A stretch of DNA of 64,000 nt from Phoronis australis (taxonomy: Eukaryota > Animalia > Phoronida), in the NCBI GenBank assembly GCA_002633005.1, contig NMRA01000074.1:140791-204790 (forward strand). The letters are read 5' to 3'. Made by a program: the position numbers and the translations under genes. Positions within the stretch are counted from its first letter, which is position 1. Each line of letters begins with the position of its first letter. This document shows, in pieces, positions 29,801 to 41,800 of the stretch. The notes under the pieces were generated by a model. The model worked only from the letters and a program-made list of their open reading frames with translations. It did no database searches and had not been told where the DNA came from.

Positions 29801-32800
29801 ATTTGGACACACCGTAGCCTACAAAGTTCGGCAGGCTAATTTACCAAGGTCCGTAGCAGGAGTTTGGGGTCTGTTCGGAGATAAATTTGAAGTATTCTTC
29901 CGTGAAATACAGACAGGAGAACCTAGATCTGTGTTGTTTATACTAGTGATTTGAGTTCTAAAGACAAAAAACGCTCGTTATCCCGGCCAGTGGCTCGGAA
30001 CCTGATCAGGCCCGTCGCGGCTGCATAAACATAAACCAGCTTGAGTTGGAAACTAAACCTCCAGTCACGAAAAGACTAGTGAGCCAAAGAAATAATGTGC
30101 ACGTAATGTGAATTAGCCACGAAACTGAAAATCTACTTACTTGTCGGGGGCCGCGAAGTTGGGTTCCCCTTCCACAGACCGTCAGGACAAAGGTTGATGT
30201 ACAGTAACAATGATTTAAATAATGTATTTGTATTTCTAAATAAAGATCCTCCTAACCTGTGACCATAACATACAAAATTGAGTAATTGTTTCATACCGGC
30301 TGTCAGCAAACATTGAATTAGCATGTGCTCACACGACCTCGGAGCCCCGTCAATTACCTTTGTTTCCGGCATCTAAAGCTAGTAACGCAGTGGTTTATTC
30401 ACTGCTGGCTTCTCAACATTTGCACTTACGAATACTGTTAAGGCATTACAAATTGTATTGACGTTGTGGACCTTTTGAAAACAAAAAGGCGGGTGGACTA
30501 AAAAAAAACGGGGACATCACTGAATTGCACGTTTGTGCTTGTTTGGTGGACTTTTGTCTCATTTTCTTGGACTTTTTGTTTTTCAGGGACGGACCTTTTT
30601 GCCCACTTCGCCAAGTGGGGGGGCTCATTGAAGCCCCCCGAGACCCACCCTGGGTGTGCAACTCGCCCAGCACCAATCCCGACTTAGTAAAGAGCTCATC
30701 TGATGAAGACTTCACGAGTCGGATCGTTAGGTTCCACAGGCTATCAGTTCTAACCGGAATACACTGATCAAGAAATACTAGAGAGGCGCCGTGAACATGC
30801 ACAGGCAACGGAATGCGTGGATAGTTCTTTCAGGTAAGACGGAATTCGTCTGAGAAATCACTGTCGACCAAATGCCGGCCACAGACACCGAAATGTTTCA
30901 CGGCCTCATACTTGCTATTAACAGCGTACCTTTCATTCTTCTCTACCGCGAGCCACATCGTAAGCATTACGGGCTCTCGAGGAAGTCAAAAAAAACGACA
31001 TACCCGCTTTTTTCGCAGCTTCATAGCAAGCACAATGCACAGCAATATAGCGGCATTCACTCTGCAGACAAACCAGTTATGTCGCTGCATCGTTTCTCAC
31101 CTTCCTCACATGTTAACGCGACACCTCTCGGCAAGGTGAGGTCGACTGTATAAGAGGCGATGTGGATATAGACCGATTAAGATGGTAAAAGAGACTAATT
31201 AAATCGAGTGGCATTCTCCTTTAAATACATATCATTTCCCCATTACATTCAATCCCGGAGAACTGACCTAAAGTCCGATCATATCTTTTTTGACTTTTTG
31301 TATTTGACAAGATCATATTTCCCCTCAGTTTGTCTTCTTTGTACATTCTCTTAAAAATTGGAAAAATAAATTACACAAAAATCATCCGATTACAAAAAAT
31401 AACATGCAAATGAACAAGGAATATTACAACAAAACAATCAGACGTAATGAGCAGACTACCTGTCTCGGCTTGCCTAGACCTCTTGCAGCGGTGCACGGTC
31501 GACACATGTCGGGTCGAAGGTCACAAAATATGACTGTGCGGCCTTTGATTGGACTGATATTGTACACTGTTGCTATTTTGACTGCTTTATCAAGGGCCTT
31601 GCGATACCGGTCCAGTAGGATGGGTGAGTACTGTGATTCTCTGAATTGGAGGAAAGCAGAAGTCAGCTGGTCCTACAAACGCTGTGATGTGCTTGTGAAG
31701 GGCGTAAACCAATTTTACATTTTGTGCTGTTTGGCGATGTTTCCAATATTGCTGATTAAAAATGAATTAACTAAAACTGAATTTGATCACGATTGGTTAA
31801 ACTTCCATGATTGTTTTGGTTATTGGGGTTAATCTTTTAGTTTTGGTTCAGTCTTTATTTCGGCAAGTTTGTGTTCCTAATTACAAAAAAACGAAAGTAA
31901 CACGAAATTCAATGATTGTTTGGACGAGAAGATTCACCGCCGCCAACTTCATTGATTCGAAGTTTGCAGATTCAGCTCGAACTCATCAATGTTGCGGGGA
32001 ATTTAAAATGTGCAATTGAGTTCTGAGTTGGGTTCTGTTAGCAAAAATTAAAGATCATGCAAGACTTAGCGATCGAGATATCGCCACTCATTACAAGCAA
32101 AGCACGTGATCACATGTGTCTAGCATAACTTGCACAAGTCTTGCATCTACAGTAGGCAGCCCTGCTTTTACCACGATTTATCTAAGCAACTATCCCTCTG
32201 TGCATTTCAGTGTTTTCCAATGTTACATGGCCAAATAACGGTTTTTAAAGCTAGAAGAGTAATTCCCAGCACATCACTAGAAATATTTTTGATTGGAATT
32301 TCAGTTAATGTCAGGTAAAAATTGGTCAGCCAAACGGCAGTATAATTTTAATCTAAATGTCAGAAGAGTAAGTTGCTTCTGTCAGTCATTTTGTGATACA
32401 GAATCTATGACTTCATCCTGTTTGATATTTTTGAGGAAGATTGGAAGGAACGCATCAGGAGATAATTAAAATTTACAACTTAATGTTATTAAAATAGAAT
32501 TTGAAAAGTGAAGGCTATGTATATTGTTGTTTCCCAAAAGACAAGAGCTCTTTATTTTATCAGCTCAGAAAACAGATTATGCTGATTGTCCAGTCTCCAT
32601 GCAGTAAAAAATGAATTTCATTTTGTGTGTCATTGCATTTTATTCCATACGCGTTGAATGTTTAGGTTAAGGTATAGATTTGTTTCGTACCATTTTTTAT
32701 GGCCCTAAGTGGATATTAAAGAAGTGCGGAACCGTTCAGCACATTTTGAGACTAAATAAGATAGTCTCATTTGAGAAAAAAAAAACGCCTTTAATTTAAG

Positions 32801-35800
32801 TTTTCCGTATTCACCTATACTTCAACAGTGACCTCTGACATGGAAAGTTCAGAAGGTAGGTCAATGTCGACTCGACGTCGTTAGCTGGTTCAATCACCAA
32901 ACTTTCGAAAAATAGTTTAAAGTAATACATAAAAACGCTCATCATACAATCAGGTCTCAATCGTAACATCTGGAACAGGACTGTTAATTACATGACAGTT
33001 CTGTCTCAGTTTTCATTTGCTAAATATTTTATCGTCTGCAACTTAGGCGCCGATTCCTCGATAACTACAATTATATCAAATATTGTTGTTATTTAACTAT
33101 TTTCAGGAGATGTTACAAGTTCAATGAAAATTTACCCTTGTTTTCATCTTTTTCATCCCTTTTCAAGTAATAAATTGTCTTATTTAAAACTTTCTTTTAC
33201 TAGAGAAAACTTGCAGCCTAACGCGCAAGTACATACATATAGGATGTGATCCACCACGTGAACAGTCTGGGTGAAGTATTTAAAAAATCTGTGGAAAAAA
33301 TGAAAGAAACTTAGAGATTCGAAGCGTATGGTTCGGTCAAGGTCGATACGTGGAATAATGTCAAGTGAGATATTACTTCATGTACACCAATCAAGGTACG
33401 TTTTCTGTTTATATGTAATTATGATTTCCGAAGAGCACTCCATAATGAGGCTAACAATTTGTCTAGCAAAATAAAAATTTCTAATCATAATTAATCTGTT
33501 GAAGGAGCTCTCTGTTTTTACACATAATCCATTTTGGAAAGCATACAATGTTCATTTGGTAAAGCCTAATGGCATGGTTGCTATTTTTCAAATATTGCAT
33601 ATTTTTTTAAATCTGCTGGAACACAAAATCATACAAAATATCCTGAAGTCAATTTTCATCAATGTCAAATGAATTGCTATACTGGGACTCCTAACAGTCT
33701 CCTCTAACAAATAGATTTAACAAGATTAGATGTAATTTAAATATTAATTAATTACAAACTTCTTAATGACCAACAGATTATCATTTTTCATAGAACCACA
33801 TTTTGGAACATTCATTTGTCAAAAATCAAATACAATGTACAATTAAGAGTAGTACACATGAATTTGCATGATTTGTCATCTATTTTGAGAACATGGTCAA
33901 AGACAAATGTGGGTGATAATCATAAACTGCCGCCCCTCCCCCCAGCTGTAGTGCCCTCCAAGAATCAAGTGAGCCAAAAAGTAAGCCAACGTCACCACTC
34001 ACTTGTTCTTGTTCTTCTTCTTCATGAACCAATTGGTGCTGTCAGTCTTGCCACCACCTCGACCTCGGCCACGCCCCCTGCCCCGCCCTCCACCTCGGCC
34101 ACGCCCAGACGTGCTCGTGGAATCGGAGTGTGCAGATTTCATCGCCTCGTTTACAAGCATATCCTCTGAACACAAAAAGTCAACAACAATGTAAACATTC
34201 ATTACATAACTTTTTACCACAACTACAAACTGTAAATTTAAAATTACGAAAAAGATTCACATTGTGAGCCACTATAACATGAAAAAATTTCGGTGACTCG
34301 AAAAAAGTACTGAGCCCTTAACGTTGATAACTGTTAGCATCAATCAATCACAATGAGATGCTCAAAATACACTATGTGGTGCTAGTGTATCAACCATTAG
34401 CCTAATATAACAAGAGCAACGCAGAGCGTTGAAATGCACCCACGAATGCATTGTGTGCTTCTAGGGAGTTTATTTGTATCATAAACATGGCCACTAAATA
34501 GTGCAAAATATTTCGAATCCATCAAAAAACTGGAAAATGTCACAATTTTTTAACAGAAAGCTATTTACCACATTTCATGAAAATTTATCACCAGAAACTT
34601 TAGCAAAACGGAAAAAATGAAATTGCCAATTAGGGACAAAGGTTCATCAGATCCGTTGTTGTCTTCTGTTGTCAACGTCATATACCATTAAATATACTCG
34701 CTAAATTTAATAAACATTCTGCAGAGGACTTAGGAGATACAGCCATGGGCGCAAAAACAAACAAAACTGCCACAAGGAGGCGCCACAGTAGTGAAAGTCG
34801 TCGGAAAATCATCGTCAGCCATCACCTTCATGGTAAGAACATACATGCCAATTTTCGCAATCATCCTTAGAGTGGTTTGGTTGACAGAGGAACGGACGCC
34901 AAGAAACGGACTCGAAATTAGTAACAATGGCCACTAGAAGGCGCAAAATGCCTCGAATTCATCCCAAAATGGGAGGATAACGTCATCTCTTAATAGATGC
35001 CTATGTGCCAACTTTCATGAAAATCTGTTGAGGACCTTTAAAGATACAGCTTGGTAAACATAAAAAACTAAAATTGCCACTAGGGAGCACAACAATATTC
35101 ATGTCAGTCCAAAACTCATCACCCTGTCATCAACCCCATAGAAAAACACCTGCCAAATTTCAATAAGATCCTGCAAGGGGTTCAGGAGATACAGCCGCGG
35201 ACGCCAGACGCCCAGAAAGAGATGACGGCAAAATGCACCCACATAAAAATATGCGGGCGCATAAAAATCTCTATCAAGGAACTTCAGAAAAACAAAGGAA
35301 AACAGAACAAGAGCAACGCAGAGTGTTGAAATGCGCCCACAATTGCACCGCATACGGTATCCTTCTAGGGTTGTTTATTGGTACCATAAAGTGGCCAGTA
35401 GAGGGCATATATGTAGTATGTTGTACTTTGCAAAATGGAAAGGCATGGTCATTGTCTCTTCAATAGGCTAGGGGCAAAATGTAAGTAATCGTCATAATAC
35501 AAGCACATCCTATACACCAGTTGCTTAAAGCACCACAGAAACATAGAACTAAAAACAAATTTACCAACATACAAGATAAGCACAGCATTAAAATGCCAGA
35601 AACAAATTTCTACTTGGAACTTTTCCTTCATAGTCACCAAGTAACACAAAGTATACACCTGAAGACCTATGAAAATACAGAGGTCAATGTAAAATACTAA
35701 AATTGCCACTAGAGGCATACCGGTAGTCAGAATCATCCTAAAGTCGTCATCGTCCGTTGTCAACATCACATAAATACACTTGCTAAATTTAGNNNNNNNN

Positions 35801-38800
35801 NNNNNNNNNNNNNNNNNNNNNNNNNNNNNNNNNNNNNNNNNNNNNNNNNNNNNNNNNNNNNNNNNNNNNNNNNNNNNNNNNNNNNNNNNNNNNNNNNNNN
35901 NNNNNNNNNNNNNNNNNNNNNNNNNNNNNNNNNNNNNNNNNNNNNNNNNNNNNNNNNNNNNNNNNNNNNNNNNNNNNNNNNNNNNNNNNNNNNNNNNNNN
36001 NNNNNNNNNNNNNNNNNNNNNNNNNNNNNNNNNNNNNNNNNNNNNNNNNNNNNNNNNNNNNNNNNNNNNNNNNNNNNNNNNNNNNNNNNNNNNNNNNNNN
36101 NNNNNNNNNNNNNNNNNNNNNNNNNNNNNNNNNNNNNNNNNNNNNNNNNNNNNNNNNNNNNNNNNNNNNNNNNNNNNNNNNNNNNNNNNNNNNNNNNNNN
36201 NNNNNNNNNNNNNNNNNNNNNNNNNNNNNNNNNNNNNNNNNNNNNNNNNNNNNNNNNNNNNNNNNNNNNNNNNNNNNNNNNNNNNNNNNNNNNNNNNNNN
36301 NNNNNNNNNNNNNNNNNNNNNNNNNNNNNNNNNNNNNNNNNNNNNNNNNNNNNNNNNNNNNNNNNNNNNNNNNNNNNNNNNNNNNTAAAAATGGCCACTA
36401 GGTGGCGCAAACTATGTCGAATCCATCTGAAAACGGCAGGATAGCGTCATCTGACTAATAGGTGCCTACATACCAAATTTCAAGAAAATCCGTTCAGGAT
36501 TTTTGAAGATACAAAGGTAAGCATAAAAAACTAAAATTGCCACTAGGGGGCACACCGGTAGTCGGATCCGTCCGAAAGTTCGCACATGCCGTCCCATTCA
36601 TGAATGGAACATATGTGCCAAATTTCATGAACGTATGTCAAAGAGTTTTGGAGATAGAGCAGCGGACCCCGGACGCTGGACGGACGCCGCCCGGACGGAC
36701 GGACAGAGATGACGGCATAATGCGCATAAAAAATGAAATTGTCACTGTGGGGCACAGCGTTTATTGGATCCGTCTGAAACACGTCACCGTCTGCTGTTAG
36801 CTTCATATAAATACAAGTTTAATAAAGATTCTGCAGTGAGTTTAGGAGATGCAGATGTGGGTGCAAACCAAAACAATACTACCACTAGGAGGCGCTAAAG
36901 TAATCGAATTCGTCAGTGTTTCCCCTGGGATTTGTAAGAAGCGTGGTGGTGAATGGCCGAAAGGGGGTGCAAAACCCGTTGCCGCACGCGTATATGAGAA
37001 ATGGGATCCCCCTATTATCTGGGTTTTGAAAGGAGCGTGGTGGTGAACGCTCGACGCGGATGCAGAACCCGGCACCACATGCGAGCATGGGATGACCTTC
37101 CCCAGGCAAAATTTGAAAATTAGATGTAACTAGGTGCAGTTTGCTCATCATAGACAACATAGACAAAACCTTAACCCGAGCATCATGTAGTGGAAGTTTC
37201 TGGATAAAGAACACTCCACAAGACAATTTGGCAATGAAGTGTCCGGCATAGTGTGATCTCTGTCGCACTTGAGTACAAAAAAAACAGTAGAACAAAAATA
37301 TTTGAACTTTGTAGACGTAAAAATCTAAATTTGTGTAATGAAACTTCCATTGATACCGTCTTGCTAAACATAAATCAGTGATAGTGGATTGGTGTTGGCC
37401 AGCATAATAATCCAATCTATGCAGACAAATCTGAGACTGGTTAATATTTAATATCGTCATTTTGGCGCAGGGCTATGGTTGATTAAACAGTTGGATGTCA
37501 CGCCTTGTAGTATAATTCACAATGTCTTGTAAACTCAGACATGACAAAATGAATTAAGCAGCAATCTTACTGTTTCTTACTTCATTAGAGAGCCCAGGCG
37601 CTTTCCCATTTTAGAAAATTTGTATTGAAGTCGTTGCCTGGTCCCCGGCTGTATTAAGTATATAAAATGCGTTCTCAGATAACCAGGCAGAAACGAGGTA
37701 TGAAAGGAGATTGAGGATTGAATGACTGTGTTTAACAGGGGCACAATTCAAGATCCCATTGTAAAATTATTATTTTTCCCTTTCGATCCACAAGCAGCGA
37801 AAGGTGCTGTGTGACTTGTACTTATTCATTATTAGGCCTACTAGTGATCATTTTTACTAGCGATTCATTTTACTAGCGATCATTTTTACTAGCGATCATT
37901 TTTACTAGCGATTTTTGCGTGGCGGTGAAGTTTCCCCATCCCGATTAGGTGTGTGGCAGTCAATTTGAGTATGATTTACGAGTGGCGGGGCCAAAAAGGG
38001 GCGTGGCGGGCCGCCCTGAAGTTTACACGCAGGGGAAACACTCTTCGTTATCGTCTATACTCCTCTTCACACTGAGAATATATCTGCCAATTTTCAAAAT
38101 CATCCTTAGAATGGTTTGGTTGATCGAGGGGTGGACACCAAAGAACACGACTTGAAAACAGGATAAATGGCCACTAGGTAGAGCAAAGTACCTCGATTCC
38201 ATCCAAAAGCAGGAGGAAAGCATCATCTCTTCAATAAATGCCAACATTTAGATTATCTGTTGAGGACCTTTGAAGATACAGAGGTAATCCTAAAAAAATG
38301 AAAATTACCACTAGGGGGCACACTGGTAGTCAGATCCATCTGAAAGTTGATGTCAGCAGTTGTCAACATCATATAAAATATACATTTCCTAAATTTAGCA
38401 AAGATGCTGCAAACGGTTTAGGAGATACCATGGGGGCAAAAAAAAAACTTCCACTAGGCCAGTAGTTAAAATTGTCGGAAATCATCATCAGCTGTCCTCT
38501 TCATAGCAGGAACATACATACCAATTTCCTCAATCATCCATAGTGCGGTTTAGTTGATAGAGGGGTGGACGCCAAAAACAGACTCGAAAACAGCAAAAAG
38601 GCCACTAGGTGGCGCAAACTATGTAGAATCCATCCAAAAATGGGAGGATAGCGTCATCTCACTAATAACTGATAGATGCCTATATGCCGAATTATATGAA
38701 AATACGTTGAATACCTTGAAGATATAGAGGTAAGCGGAAAAAATTGCTACTAGGGGGCACACAGGTAGTTGGATCCGTCTGAAATTTCACTCATGCCGTC

Positions 38801-41800
38801 CCATCTATGATAGGAATATAAGAATGTAAGTCAAAGGGTTTTGGAGACAGAGTAGCCAACACCGAACGCCGGACAGACGGATGCCGGACAGACGGAAATA
38901 ACGGCATAATGCGTCCACACAACGTCACAAGTGTGCGGGCGCATAAAAATGCAGGCACGGGACCAATATCTCACGAAAACTCCAATGCAGGCAAACAACT
39001 TTCCGTTCTCAATCTCTCTAGATAATAAAGAGATGGCCTCCTTTAGCATACTAATGACCCAAGTTAATGTCGCGTCTCATACGCACAACAGTCGTGAAAC
39101 CATTTGCCAATAGGTTCTAGAGCACCAATGATAGTAAACAAAGAATTTACATTGCCTGCTTTACTTAAAGCATGCTGGCCTCAACATTATCCACATTACA
39201 AAAAGTGCCAAAATGAAATCTTGTAGCTTTTCAGTGACAGGATAAAATGCCTCTCCAGTGGTAAAGACATAGTGTAAACTAGCATAGCTTACGATTTCTT
39301 TCAAAGTCTTCTTTCAACTTGCCCAGCACTTCATAGGCAGAGAAAAAACGGAATGGAAACTGACGACTGTTGATCACAGCTCCCTGCAAACATAGAATGG
39401 GAACTGACAACTGTTAATCACAGCTCCCTGCAAACATAGAATGGGAACTGACAACTGTTAATCACAGCTCACTGCACTCATAGAATGGGAACTGACAACT
39501 GTTAATCACAGCTTCCTGCAAACATAGAATGGGAACTGGCAACTGTTAATCACAGCTCCCTGCAAATACAAAACCCACAGTTGTGAACCACCTGCATTAT
39601 GTATTTTTTGAGATATTAACATATTAATTTAAGTTGCACCCTCAATTTAACTTGTATGCGGGTTAGGATTATTTTCAACAGCTTGAATTTGAGAAAAAAA
39701 CAATGTAAATAATGGTTGGACAAATCAAAGTAAATGCCTGCATAGAAGAAAGAAAACTAATTTGTTCTCAAAATTAGACACCACTACATATACAGGGAGG
39801 CTAATTCTAGACTTGACACAGACTATGAGAGATATCAAACTGCAAATCTCTCAAGTTTCAAGCCCTTCTTAAACTAAACCAATTAACTGTACATTAACCG
39901 TCACCTTTTTCAAGTTGGAAAAACTCAAAAAAAAGAGAGCAAGAGTCAATAGCTTCACAACTGTTTGGTTGATTTCTTATTCCATCTTGAAGTCAATCAA
40001 CGTTTAATATCACGAATTTCGCCCAGGCAAGGGACATGTTGTTTTATATATGAGATCACCTTATACCCGACCTGTTGCAGTAAAATGTAATGATTTCTGG
40101 ACAATTTTTTCAAAATGTTTAAGTCCCGTTTCCAAAGCAAGAAAGATTTTACCTGGTCACACAATTTCTTTAAAACCCAGCTGTGGTGTTTCTCTGAAAT
40201 GCCAGCTTGGATGAGATTTCTTAGATTTCTCAGCATGGCCATGTATGGAAGTTTCTTATGGTCTGAAAAGCAGCACACAGAATTTTACAAATCACACAAT
40301 GTACAGGATATTTGATAAAACAGTTGAGTTCAGACGTCTTGAGGACACCTGGGGGGCACCTCTTGGGGGGGTACTTCCATAAATGAGGTACACGGTATGT
40401 GCCCCTCAGAAGTGTAACTTTTCACAGCCAGTTTATCAACAAAAGGCAGAATTTTTTGAAAAAACAGTTCACAAAAGATTTTACTTGGAATGGGAGATAG
40501 AAACTCTACAAAAGGTACTTTCATTTGCTTACACTAATTCCATCATGCTTTTTTAATATTATGTCAAACTTGTAACAAAAGATTTTTTTACTCATTTTTG
40601 ACACTACAACAATGGGTAAAATTTTAGCTACCCAAAAATCTCTACAAAAGATTTGCATTTAAGAATTAACCCCTATGAAACAGAGATGATTTTGGAACAG
40701 AACTCCACAGAAGGGTCACCATGACTTTTCCATTGAAGCTCCACTCCATATGACAAGGTGTCTTTCTTGGAGTTTCCTTTCTAAACGGGTGGGTATTCTA
40801 GTTTTCCAGCTACTTCCCACCCCCCCNCCCCGTCAAAAGTATGAAGGACTACCCCTGGGGATATCAACAGACAGCTGATTAATGGCCCACACCACTGAAA
40901 GGCTTGTTACCTCTTGCCGTCCTGCAGGTGACATCTACTTGCCATCCATTTGCCAAAATATTTATCAAGTGAACTATCAGATCACAGAAAATTTTAAATG
41001 CAATGAACCTTACTCAAATCACACATGAAAACATATTATAATTTACCCGAATGTCACACAAAAAATAGTATACCAGAAGTTAATATGCAGTAAATGTGCT
41101 AACTAGAAAACAACCACTAAATAAATCTATATCCACAGGTGTAAGCATTCATCAATACGATGATTGCTCAAAACATCAACTAAACACTTGATGTGACACC
41201 AAGTCGACAGGAAACTTCTACCAGCAATGGAAAACTTTCAGAAAACAATAGGGCTCATCACTTGGGACCGGTGACTCTTTTCGCCACCTTTTTATACAAC
41301 GAAGTGCTACTTGTTCACAGGTGCTGGCATAGGGGAAAATGCTTGACTTCATAAAACGACGCTTTTACAGTATATCAGGGTTTGGAATGACCAATGACAA
41401 AAAACGCGGAAACTATTACGGCCCAAAACATGCGCACTACCCAGCCTTGAAATCGGGAGGACTAAAAAAAAAACGTTACCACCATCAGTAGCATGCGTCT
41501 GCGTTTTTTTAGCTCGTCCATCCACTCCCACACCCACACATTTTGGCTGCAGAGCCGTAGTATTTGTCACCGTGGTTTACAATCACACGGGATGCCATTG
41601 AAAATCCCACCACGCTATCCCAGATGCCCCGGCAATGTTGACAATTTACGTTCCTCCGAAACATAAAGAGCAACTTTCGCTTTTCGAGGTGAACGTCGTC
41701 GGCAACACCGTGGTAAGAAAGGAATTTGCCAAGGAAATTATATATCATATCCAATTTTTTTACGCGGAAATATAATAAAATGTGCGGACAGAACATTTGA

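Noticed and set aside
31695-33445. Possible old Harbinger- or Kolobok-like ends (agggcgtaaa/tttatggccct; ttaaagaagtgc/gcactccataa)
   Set aside because: Inverted matches are too short or imperfect and TSDs do not match.
35766-36410. Long ORFs of 202-214 aa in the ORF track
   Set aside because: They consist of X residues from the N gap.
39348-39566. Regular short repeats resembling a CRISPR array (also 4460-4812 and 28490-28856)
   Set aside because: No unique spacers, no cas genes, eukaryotic intron context; these are tandem repeats.
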